Assembly (NCBI GenBank): GCA_964035545.1
Contig: OZ037770.1
Coordinates: 4,868,662-4,932,661, forward strand
Source of the DNA: Bugula neritina
Lineage: Eukaryota; Animalia; Bryozoa
Direction of reading: 5' to 3'
DNA: 64,000 bases
The notes beneath the pieces are model-generated. The model had not been told where the DNA came from and ran no database searches. It saw only the letters and a list, made by a program, of their open reading frames with translations. Position numbers and translations under genes: made by a program. Shown piece by piece: positions 1-12,800 of this stretch (positions are counted from its first letter, which is position 1; each line of letters starts with the position of its first letter).

Positions 1-505
1 TTGGACTGGATGGTCCGGTCCCGAAGTGATTTGTTGGGAACTCACTTTAGCTCGGTAGAATTGTTTGGCCAAGATATAGGCCTCACCTTCATGCAGTGCA
101 TTCTCTATCGTAGTCACCCCTCTTGCATGAAGCTGGTGGTGGAAACCCAAATCATTGAGGGACTGTACAAAGGCGTCATAGGTGTAGTGTTCCCGGTGTG
201 TTTCTGGCAAGTTGCTGTATGCGATCTGTGCCAGTCTCTTCACTAGGGTAGCATGATCCTGTAGTGGTGTGCGCGCTTCTTAGTGCAACCTTTGTAAACG
301 GGCCCTGGCGTCCACAGCGGAGATGCCGAAACGGGCCCGCAGCGCAGCAAAGATCCCGTTTACACTGGATCCCAGTCCGTACGACTTCGCTTGCTTCATC
401 AGCGCCGTCCGTAGTTGAATCAGGGGTACTCGTGGTGGCCATCGAGTGATGGCCATGACTTCGTTGAATTCTCGAATAAATTGTTCAACATCTTGTAGGC
501 CCGTA
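1..505 (-). mobile_element. Degenerate Ty3/gypsy-like retrotransposon gag (capsid) fragment
   Basis: GC-richer island. The minus-strand translation (frame not in the ORF track) reads QDVEQ..REFNEVMAITRWPPRVPLIQLRTALMKQAKSYG...IFAALRARFG...ARARLQRLH*EARTPLQDHATLVKRLAQIAYSNLPE...DAFVQSLNDLGFHHQLHARGVTTIENALHEGEAY. This fits a retrotransposon gag pattern, with one stop and one frameshift. It runs off the window start. Confidence 0.65.
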
Positions 506-1079
506 ACATACTACACTTCCCACTACAACATTATATATTTTTATAGTAACACAGTTTCTTATTATTGTCTAATAAGTAAGAAAACTACTTTCTTATATTT
601 ATAATGACATCACATTGCAACATAATTGACTCAATCAACCGTATTGTGTAAAGCTCATTAGTAAAAAGTCACTTAGTAGATTATATAGTATGTTTGATTT
701 AGGTAATTCAAGTTTTACTTTTAATTATTTTGAAATAAAAGATCTGCTTTTATATTGTAAACCGAAGATGACAAAAAAAATTATTAAATATTGCAACTTT
801 TTTTTTCATGCTCTCCTTTGGTTATTTATCTCCAATTCTCAGTGTAATAGAAGCCAATTTTTATCTTATTCCTGTTCTCAAACAGCCTGTTAATATATTG
901 TTTCATAATTAATTTACAATTCTAAATTACGAATCAACTGGCCTTTAAAGGTGCAACATGTTCCTGCAAGCCGATGACTTTCCAGAATTGTATTCTCTCA
1001 TAGTGAAATAATTCACAACTTCTATTTCCTGTCTAGAAACTATAATACATTTATTAGGGTAATTAGTGAGAGGTTGTGG

Positions 1080-1444
1080 CAGAAGTATTTTATTTTACTT
1101 GAAATTACTTTAATGCTTTGCGTAGATGTTTCAGAGCTGTACTGTGTTCCTATTTGATGATAAATTGCATGTATTATGGCACATAAAACAATATTCCTTA
1201 TAATGATAACATCCATATAGTAGAATATCAGTGTGAACAGTTACTCAGTGATCAGAAGTGTCAGAAGTATTTTATTTTCACTTCACATTACTTTAATGCC
1301 TTATGCAGATGCCACAGAGCTGTAGCCTACCGTGTTCCTATTTGCTGATAACTGTGTTGTGGCACATACTAGGAATTTTCTACTCTGTGGTATAAAATAT
1401 TATTCCTTCTGGTAGAATACCAGTGTGAACAGTTACTCAGTTAT
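1080..1444. repeat. Diverged tandem duplication, unit of about 180 bp
   Basis: The block CAGAAGTATTTTATTTT...GTAGAATA(T/C)CAGTGTGAACAGTTACTCAGT occurs twice in succession. Confidence 0.8.
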
Positions 1445-1865
1445 CTGCCATATAAAAAAAGATGATAGTATTACATGTAGGTTGTTTTTTTATGACAGTA
1501 CTTAGTACAAATGTAGCACTTTTTTTACCAAATATATACTTACAATTATACTGTTATATTATATATCTTTATAAAATAGTTAAAATGTTATGAATCATAT
1601 ATAATATGATACTCGTACATAATTGTAACTTAGACATACTTGTTTTCTTTCCTTAATTAATGTACTAATTCAAGGTATTGTATATAAACTTGTTATAGTA
1701 ACTGCAACTTAGTACTATATTATGTGTAATTATTGTTATACTAATATTGGGTATCTTTATGAAAACTATTATATCAATTACCTGTATAGCTAGGTCTAAT
1801 AATAGAAATCTTATATATTAATAGAATACAGAGATTAAAGAAGTTACAGAAACTCACAATTTCAG

Positions 1866-3827
1866 AGAATAACTTCACCAGTCTACCTTCTTCAGTGTGT
1901 GCATTGAGTAATCTGCACACATTGGATATAGGCAGCAACAGATCCATGACAGCCTTGAACCCTGAGATACTACAGCTAACACATCTTGAGTTCTTCTATA
2001 GAAATGGATGTGATGCTCTTACATCTCCTCCACTAGAAGTCTGTGAAAGAGGACTCGATGCTGTGCGACAATACTACACAGACTTGGCTAAAGGTGCAGG
2101 TAGAAACCTTCCATTTGCTACAATAGTGGTGTTGGGGAACACCATGGCAGGTAAAACCAGTCTAATCAGAACATTACAGAGCACTGACAAGAAGAGAGTT
2201 CTGACTGACAGAAGTCCTAATGCAGAGTATGATGAGACCACAAAAGTGTTCAATGTGGAAGAGGTGGAGGTAGATGGTACAACTCTTCGTCTCATAGATA
2301 TGGGAGGCCAGGAGGTCTACCATATCACGTACCATTTGACACTGAGACAGAATTGTGTACCAGTAGTTGTAGTCAACATGGAGCAGCATGATCAGATTTC
2401 AAATGAGTCTACAGATAAAGAGGCTGTAAGAAAGTTGGCCTTTGACTTCATGTCTCACCTCTATCTCGCTCATCCAACTCTTGGTCCGCCTAAGCTTGTC
2501 TTCACACACAAGGATAAGTTTCCGAGGGAAGTTTTCCAACAGCTTCGAAGAAATTTTCTTGAAGTGTCTGAGCAGTTTTGCAGAAATATTCTTGAAGAAG
2601 AGAAAAGTTTAGAAGGTGACTTTGCTCGAATTCAACATTTCACTGCATCAAACGGAAAAGTGTTCTCCAATGACAACATATATGAAGTTGGGAAATTTGA
2701 TGAGTACAAGATATTTGAATCAATTAAAAAATCTCTTCTTCAAAGTTGCCAACACTTTGTAAAGCCACTTCCGAAGGTCTGGGAGGATGTCAACAACAAC
2801 ATTTTGTCCTTACATGCTTCACATAACACCTTTGATGAAGTATTGGCTGTGATAAACGAGAAGCAGGATAACATTGAAGCAAAGCAGTTGGATACGATTA
2901 TCATGTACATGCATGATTGTGGCAAAGTTCTCTGGTATAAACATATTGATGCACTCAGGCCACACATATTTCACAAGATCACAGAAATAACCAAGCTACT
3001 CTGTGTCTTGTATCATCATGATTCGGACGTCTGGCAAAATAGAGTTGATCAGTTCAAACCATATTTTTCAATGGAAGGAGTGAGGATTGAAAAACAAGAA
3101 TTTGAAGAGTTTGTGAATTCCTTTAGAATCAATGGCTTGATGACAAAATCTCTTCTTGAATATTTGATCAGAAAAGAAACTTCGTTCACTGGTGATAATG
3201 ATGTCGGAATTGCTGTTTGCTTGCTCAGAACATTCCGTTTGTTGTATGGCCCTTTGAATAATGATTCTGAAGAGTCTTACTTCATAATCCCTCAGTTTGC
3301 CAAAGAAACTTACAGCCTCTCCTACACCCTACCAAAGGAGCTACTGCTTCATACTGAGACGCAGTTTAATGGTCTGGCATTGCCGCAGCATGTCTACCAT
3401 CAGATGACGGTTGGTTTGCTGGAACTTTTTGCTGACGATTCTGCTACAATAACGGTGAAGAAAAATGGAGCCAATGTCTATCAAGATAAAATGTACACAC
3501 AGCTGATACATGACTATGAATCTAGGAGAGTTTTACTCTACACGTCATCTGATGCAAGCATTATTACCAAAGCGTGGGAAAAACTCATTTCAGCCAACAA
3601 CAACATTCTCAGACATGTCATGGAAACTTGGACTGCTAGTCGTCCAGTTACTGCCTCCATCTGTGCTCACTGCTTACTGCTAGGTGCTCCGTGCCCTAAA
3701 AAGTCTATTCATCCTAAATGGTGTTTTCGCTCCTTGAAGAAGCCTTCACCGGTTGTCAAGAAGTGCAGCGGATCTTCAACAATCTTGTGCAATAGTGAGG
3801 AGATCCCAAGAGCTCTGATTTTCCCAT
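1866..3827 (+). CDS. Exon: last LRRs + Roc GTPase + COR domain
   Basis: LRR NNFTSLPSSVCALSNLHTLDIGSN; LRR-Roc linker LTSPPLEVCERGLDAVRQYY; P-loop GNTMAGKTS; G3 DMGGQEVY; G4 THKD; COR-type motifs LPKVW and YMHDCGKVLWY; CAHC near the end. Acceptor ttcag at 1861-1865, donor GTATGT at 3828. Confidence 0.93.
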
Positions 3828-6800
3828 GTATGTATCACTAATAGTGTTTATTACTATGTTTTTATAAATTGAAAACTTTGCCTACTACATAAATGATTTT
3901 CATTACTGCAAACTCTAAACAAAACCTGCTAAATTTTTTTAAATTTGAAAATATTCAAAGAAAAGCCATTATGTCTCGTGCAGTATTATTCTCGTAGTGG
4001 TTCTGCCGCAACTTATATTTTAGCCACCATATAAGTTGATTACAGTATATACATAATAATATGTGAGCTGCTCATAGTATATGTAGACTGGGTACATTAT
4101 ATGTAATATGTGAGCTGGTTGCAGTATATGTAGGCTGGACTGTTTTATTCAGGTGAGGCGTTGTCTGAGAAAGAAACCGATGAGCTCGTGAAGCTATTGA
4201 CTCAACTCAAACTTCGTAAACGACAGAATGATGCAATCAGAATTGGTATATCTCTATGATACTCACTTTATCAAAATCAGCGATCTATCAATGTAGAATT
4301 TTATTTACATTGAATAGAAATGTTTTTAAAATGTTTTTTTTTTGTCAAGCGATCAAGGAAATGGCAAATTTGCATTTCTTCTAATTTTCAAATCCTGGTA
4401 TTAGCCAGTCAAATCATGTGATTGCAGATGATGATGGTGATCTGAGTGATCTCTCTGATGATGATGACAATCTGTATCCTGATGAAGAGAATGAGGAAAA
4501 CGTGAAGTTTATCCAACCCAACCTAAAGACTACTAGAAACCTCAAGATTAAGAATCTCTTCTCAAATGCTGAAATGGTTGGTGTATTGGTTTAGGGTCAT
4601 AGTTCCCGCCATTTAATCATATTTTCACCTTATTCTTTGGATTCTCATGTTTGTATAACCTATACTTAGACAGAAAATTACAAACACGTGCATCTGTATC
4701 AAAATGACACTATTTACTGTTAGCTCTATTATTAGGCCATGTCTGCCTTAAACATGTTCAACTAGACGTACAAATATGTTAACTATTACTATCATTCATT
4801 ACAGTGTTTAGTATGCTATTCTAAGTCTATTTGTATCCAGGTGTTCAATATGACCAGAAAGAGAGGAAAAGCTCTAATAATAAACAACAAGAACTTTGTT
4901 GAAAGACCAGATTTATGCAGGGAAAGTTCAGATGCTGATGTTGAGAACATGTCTGTCATGTTGAAGTCTCTCAAGTTTGATGTTGAGACACACACAGACC
5001 TGACAGCAGAGGTATGATATTATTGTTGGACTGAAAGCAACTGTATTCAAGCGTAGTCTAGCGTTCAGTTTATCGAAATGAAACTTGACACTTGTTTTGT
5101 CAAACCTTAAAAATTGAAGCAATCATATATGTGACTATTATTTCAGTTTATCAATATCAAAAAATAAGGAGTGTATAGAAAACCCAAAGGATGTTTGCTG
5201 CTGGTCACAGTTTTCATAACTTTGTACCAATTATTAAACATATTTATTTTTAAAATTGCAGGAAATGTTGTCTGTCGTGAGGTCTGAGATAAGAAGAGAG
5301 AAAAACAATGGCCTGGGTTGTGAAATACTGGTTGTTATGACTCATGGTGGAGAAGATACCTGTATCTACGGAACTGACCTTGAGAAGGTCAACCTTACAG
5401 GCTTTTATGATTTGCTCGCTCCGTTGAGTCTGAAGCCTAAACCCACAGTTGTCATCCTAGAAGCTTGCAGTGGAGGTAATCACCCGTTAACTAAATAACA
5501 GTATTTGTCTCGTTTAGTGGAGTAGTTTCAGTAGCCAAAACATATCTTTGACTCAGCCATTAAAATTGAATTTATTGATTGTTTTCTCTTTATTTGAATT
5601 TTTTTATAAATCTCAATATTTCTGTTGCAGTAAAAATTGAGGTGAATCCAGACAGATCAGGTCTTGCAGCAGCTCAAGAAGAAGAAACTGAAGCTGTCCC
5701 TTCTACACATTCTGAATCTGATGATGATATTGTATATCCTGAAACACCCAGTGTAATAAGACCCATCAGACCTGACTTACCGCCAGCACCTAGAATAGAA
5801 GAGCGGTGGACCAGACTAGATGTTGATAATCTTCTTGTTCTAAAGAGTAACGTCTGCTGTAGGTGTATACTAAATAGTGATTGGCTAGTTTTACATGTGC
5901 ACAATCGCAGTTATTCAGGATGTTGTCTCTCCTTAATCCAATCTTTTAGACTTGTCTTTAAAAGAGGTATAACTAAACCAGTATATATTTTCCTAGAATG
6001 TTGTTTAGAGACATAAAAAAACTGCCTATGCACAACATACTTTGCATCTGTTTAGTATCTCGTAATTAGACATAAAACAAATCAAAGCCAATTATAAGGC
6101 AAAAGACCATAATACTGTACTATCATTGGATAGTTCTTCATCAATAAACAGGTAGTCGCCAGTGGTGGATATGAACCCCTCCTAGATGTTTCTCGTACTT
6201 CTTCCTCAAAAAACATTTTCATTAAGCCAAAAAGAAATAACAATACACCTTTTTAGTAGACACTTTTTAATTTCTGACTGATATTTCACCTTATTTCCAA
6301 TTATAATTAACTTTTAACCGCCACTTTTCTTTGTAGTAATTCCTACCCTTTAGACTGTGTACTTTGAAATGAGTCTGTTTTACTCGTTACATAAAGTATA
6401 GTTGCACTGGCTACAGGTTGACACAAAAGCAAGCCTATCTTGATAAAATCATGCGCAAATGTAGAAACTACCGAGGAGTTTGTTCCTCATAATTAGAAAT
6501 TGACAACTTATTTTTAATCCGTTTAAAAGCATCTGGTTAGGGAAGCATAATATGCCGTGTTCAATTTGTTATTCTAGCATTAACAATAACAGAATGCAAT
6601 AATTATAAGTTTATGAAAGTAATTTGTTTTCTTTCTAATTACAAATATAATATTTTAGTATATATTGTAAATTTATAAGGCTTGCATTAGGAATAACGCA
6701 GCTAAAACATCATTTTCCTTAAAGTCTTAAAAATATATAAGTATAACATAATACACTATGCCAATAAACTTATTAAAGTACCAAGCAAGCTTAGCTAGTT

Positions 6801-9800
6801 TAAGAAAAATTACACTAGGTAAATTCCCATTATTTATAGAATGCTTGCTGATATTAGCTTTTGATGTAATTAAAGTAAATTATTATTTATCTTTCTAGCT
6901 AAGGATTTCTTGCCCTAAGTTTTGCTTTTATGCATGGAGAAATGTCGTAACAAACGAGTTAAATTTTTATAGCACATAAAAATGTAATCTATAAGTCGAA
7001 GATATTTAAACTTAGCCATTAACTCATTTTAATTAGCAATGTAGCCTAAATCTAATACAATACAAAATATATACCAGTATATATAATATATTTTTACCAT
7101 GCTGTTAATTACAGTATTTGTAAAACAAATTTTATGCTCATTAATTAAATGCAACAAATATTTATAAAATACTAATAATGTTGAATAAATAAATTCAATA
7201 ATTCCTTTTCTATTTAAATGGCTGCATAATTTCTTGCAAGGTTGTATAAAGGAGTTGTGGCCTACAACTTATTATGTGTTCAATTGCCACATATGTCTTA
7301 GGAAGAAGAAAACTCCCCAAAAATTGTTGGTTTGAAAATTCTAGTATAATCAAAATCACTTAATATATGTCTTTGAAATGCATTTTGCCACTCTGCAAAA
7401 TTGCAGGAACAAATATTGCATGAAGTAATAAATGATTTATGAAGTAATTAACAAACCAATGTAAAAACTGTTGTTGTATATAGAACACAACATATTGATT
7501 TTCTTCAATTTCCACATCAAATCTATATATTCAATTATATCTAACCAATGCTAATAAACTAAACATGCATGCATACAAATATTTGCATCATATGCAAGTA
7601 ATATTAGCTAATTAGCAACTATAGCATTTTTGTCATTATCTTTATTGCTTGCATATGTCTAAGTATTATTAAAATAAGGTTTTTATTTGCAACTTTGCAC
7701 CACAAATTACATAAAATCTAAAAACTTGAGTTGTGACATGCATTAGGGCTACCTATACACAAATAGACCTTCATAAAACTCTCAATGATTTTATTCAACT
7801 CATGTATGCAAAAGTTTTGCATTAAAACAATTCTTCTAAATCACCCTAGAGCAGAAAATTATTACAAAAACAGCTTCTCATATATAATCTTTCTCCAGAT
7901 TAATTTTTTTCCTGTATTTAAACTAACTTAGCAAGTGAAGATTGTGATATCACTCAGGTAATCACATATATATTATTCATAGCTGTAATACTTTAGCAAT
8001 GAATAGATCATGTTTAATTTCCACTCTACCTAGCAGTTTTTCAGAATTATAGAGCTATGTATATCGTGAAATTGGAATAGCCTAATAGTTTTACATGTGT
8101 TTATAGCTAGACAAATTAACTTAAAAAGCTTACAATAATTAGATGATATTTGCATTCTTTTGAAGGTTATGGTGAAGCTACTGCAAAACTGGCCATTAGT
8201 TTAGCATAATATGCAATGCCACGCAAAAGCATGCCAAACAAGCAATGTTTATTTACCTTACCAGTGCAATTTTATCACCTTAAACACAAAAGCAAGTATA
8301 AAATACACATCCATATTAGATTAACTGTCAAGTTAAAAAAAGACAACATATATTCATGAGCTGGTTCTGTTTGCACAAGTACAATTTAGACCAGCTTATT
8401 ATTTAGATTGCCACAAAAATATGACGTAAAATATGTCTTTAATCATTATTTTGATATTCACTGGTTGAAGATATTTTTTATATCCTAATATGTAAATATT
8501 GTACATAAATCTTAAAAATTAACTAGGTGAATAAGGAAAACTGCTAATTTTATGAAACTGTTATGTTAATAAAGACAATGGCTATCAACAAATCCCACCA
8601 GACCACAAACTAATTGTAAATACTAAAGCAATTATATAGTGCTATGTGTTGATCTAGCCTAGTCAATACACCACAAATATGTATTATGACATACCACATT
8701 TTAAGTACTGGGTTACCATTTATTCTAATGGGTATTTGTTTAAACTGTTATATACAGCTTTTTGCACTACCAATATACAAGCCAGTTGTTATTCTGTCAC
8801 TTTTTATCTACATCTCTTTTTAATGCCAGTTACTTGTTAGCTTCAGTACAAACAGCTAAACATTCTACTCTACAGCCAATCTTACTGTTAACTCTTGTTT
8901 AACAATATTACAAGAATCTAAAAATTTGAGTGTGTTTTAAGTATAATATTCTATCATTATAACTTTTAAATGAAACAATAATATGATAAATGCATTATAA
9001 CTTTCTGAAAAGTTTTTTTGCAAAGTATATGTTTTTGGAAAATAGTTTTACAACATTTGCTAGGAGCGTTATATTTATTCCTATCTAAAATAATTTTGTT
9101 TGAACTGCTATGTTTGTAATCATGTAATCAGAAGTAAAGCATCAGTAAAATGAGTATAAGTAGAAGCTTGACAGCTACATTAGGCATTGCTACATAGTAC
9201 ATAAATATATGGCCGTATTAAATACTTAGCTGCATTCACAGATAAATGCATGGCTTGGAATTACAATACCATGAATACATTATTTATTTAGCTGGGTAAC
9301 TATACAATTATGCCAAAGTGAAAAGCTTTTGGTTATTAATGCCTGAAATGTCTAACAATCTACTTGGGAGACCACCTTGTTGTTACAGAGTGAATGAGTT
9401 ATTTGTTTGGCATTTGGATGATGGCACAAAGAAAGGCTATTTGGTTTGTTACTTGAGACTAGTAGCAAACTGCTACAGTCATAGCATCTTAGAAGATTTT
9501 GCATCACTTGCTAGAATTGTACATTATTTTAATGTAGCTATTGAAATTAATATCGCACTGAAAACACAGTATTGCAAAATCTTAAGCTGTACATAATTAT
9601 ATTATGCATCAAAAAGTACTTCTGCTATTCGACTATCCCAGGTTTATTTTAAACTAGCACTGCCAAAGTGCCTTGACTCTATTACAGTGTTTACTAGCTA
9701 ATTTTGTTCTTCTCAATAGTGAAATAGATCTATTGCAAGAAATTAATGACTAGATATAACAATAATGATTTTTAGGCAAGACTTACGCATCTATATTGCT

Positions 9801-12800
9801 CATCTGCTAGCTTGAAATACCCCTCTCCTTGGACTAATCTCGGGCTTTTCATTGTTGTTTAAACAGTTTTTAAACTCCTATTTCAATAAATCATTACCAA
9901 CACTGCCGGCATGTATTAATATTCATTAGTGCCATCAATGCACTGTGGAGACAGCACCTGATGTTCTGTATATTACATTATAGTACAGAGATACTAAATC
10001 CAAAACATCTAAAATAATTGATGCTTCTACCAGATTTTTAGCACACCTATAATATGTATTCCTGTAGTAAATATTAATAAGATGTTTTAACTGATAGTTT
10101 TTATGCCATTATAATAGTTTGATACTATAACTACAACTTGAAACTCTTTAACAGCACATTGGTTAGTAATATTGCTTCTTGATATTTAATTGCTGGTTCA
10201 CAAACTATCAATAATAGGGATGCATATCAAAACTTGACTGCATTCATAATATGATTTTAATGCTAGGTAATGACTAAGCGTGTCTGGCTGATATGAGGTG
10301 ACTATTTTGTACACTGTTTAACAACATCAGCTTTTTGGGTTCATTTAAAGCATCTGCAAATCTGTATTATACATAATTACTGTTAGGGCCAATTAATTAA
10401 ATTGTTAACCCTGAAATGCTTTTTACACTGTAATACTAAGTAGTAAAATACATGTATATATATATAAACTGATTGTAATTTATACATAACATTGTACATT
10501 TAAAAAAAATCACAAAATACATAATTTATTAGCTAAATTTCAAGGCGTTTTGTAGGTAGTGGGTTAATGTCAATAAAGTAGAATCCGGGAAGTTGAGTAG
10601 CTTTATTCAAGAGGAAGGCTCTCCAACAGTTCTACCAAAGCCTAAATAACATGTATAAAATAAAGGTTATATGCACAATTTTTTTTCCAAAACAGCCTGC
10701 AACTGTTTTGCTATTGCATATGCCCTATGCCATTCATCAAGTAGAACAATTTTAACCAGGATATCTAGAAAAGTTGACACAAGGGCTTTATAAACTATGT
10801 AACAGTAAAACTGTGAGTAGAAATTAATTGACACTAATGAATAATGCTTTAGGTGCTAGCAACAACCATAAAAGAAAAGTTATATGACAAACAAATAGAA
10901 AAAGCACTAAACAAATCAACAGCATTATATACAATTGGGGCACATACATGAAAACAGCAGCTAGTGTCATTTTCTTAAGACAGCACTATTTTAGGTATAA
11001 ATTTAAGAAGTATTAGAAAATGCAGAAATTTACTGCAATTGGTTCATTTTATTTAAGTTAGTACATACTGAAGATCTCAAGTTTTTGCTAATGAACATGA
11101 GTTTTGGCCCGAAACTAAAAAAATATCAATAAATACACCTAAATAATCAAGGCTCTTTTTAATTTTCTTTGATTTCCTATGCTTTTTTTCTAATTACAGC
11201 AACTTCTGACTGGGGATCGCCACGGTTAGTTTGTAACAGTAGGCAATCCAAATGAAATGAATAAATAGGAAAAAACATGAGAAATCATGCACAATTAAGA
11301 AGAACCTTGATTATTTAGGTGTATTTCTTGATGTCTCACTAATTTTAAGCAAAAAGCATTGTTCATTAGCAGCTAAAATGTAAAAATGGCTAAAAACTGC
11401 AGATTTCCAGTGTGTACTAAATTAAATAAAAGGACTCAATCACCTTTGCAACATAATTCAATAATTGCATGGTCAAGCAGAATAAACTACAATTAACAGC
11501 AACAACAGTGTAATAGTTGCGTAGAAAAGTTGTACTGCAAAAAACTAAAAGAATGCAAAATCTATAAATGTGTGCTACCAAGTAAATGCTGAACAGACAT
11601 CATGAAATAGTGTACGAAATACAAACTATTAAACTTACCTGTTGATCTAATGCAGCCAAAACCTTAAGCTTGGAGTAGTGGAATGGTGCTGTTCGATGTT
11701 GATATGCTACAAGTAGCTAAGATGACTCAAATTCTTGCCTTTAGGAGTAAGAGGCCTCAGCTCAGTTTCAACAAAACTTCCAATAATCTCAACGGATGCG
11801 CTCAATTAGGAGCCACAACAAAGCACACCCATGTCATTTTAGTAAACTCTAAAAAATGAACGGAAATAAAACTGTTAGAGAGTAAACAGAGAAACATATA
11901 GTGATGGGGGAAAAACCTGTCAGCAAAGGTTATATACACTCATAGCCGTAACACGAAGAAAAAGATAATGAATAACAACCTATTCAAGATGACACAAGAA
12001 ACCAAACAAATTTCTTTGACTAAAAAATATAATTAAATACTATATTACTTGGCAAAAAATATTTGTTTTGAACAACGTATTATTGGGAAGAATTGCCAGT
12101 GTCTTAAATTTTGAGATTAAAATTTCTGCCTTATAGCGGAAATAGAGAGGCAATCAATAGTGTACAAAACATGTTTTCAGTCATTGGCTGTTGACTAAAT
12201 TGACAAAGTTAAAGAAAGCTTCCATATCATTATTTATTTTGTTCTCAAGTGTGTGGTTACAGTTTCATGAGTCAGAAATATAATTATTTGAGTTATGAAA
12301 TCAAATGTAGTCAAAAGAGTGTCATACAATTTAAAATGTAGTAATAGAGCTTTGACAATAATTTCTTCTGCTAAGTAAAACAGGTACCATTATGTGCTAC
12401 TTATCTTTTAGAGATGAACATCAAGGATGTTGAAAACAAAATAGTTGTAAATTACAGCAAATACCTTTCTACTTACCTAACCAGAGAAAATAAGTTTTCA
12501 ACCTTGCATGCACTCAGCTGGTTTTCAATGTTTGGATCAGTGACATCTTTATAACTGATAGCAGCATTATGTGATAGCTTTAGGAATTGTTACCTTAAAT
12601 CTAAATTATATAGAACAAGAAGTGCAAAAATATGGCATTAGTACTCATTGCACAATACACACTTGCTAGAGTAGCTAATCTAGCATCACATTAATTTAAG
12701 AAAGACAAAATTTTATTACTGTTCACAAATGATGAATATTAAAATTTGAATAATTAGACAAATTAACAATGATATTGATGTTAGTTCAAACATTACTAAT

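Noticed and set aside
1895-3841. 648-aa ORF as a complete stand-alone gene
   Set aside because: It starts at GTG in mid-LRR just after a splice acceptor and has a donor at 3828 leading in frame to further exons; it is an internal exon.
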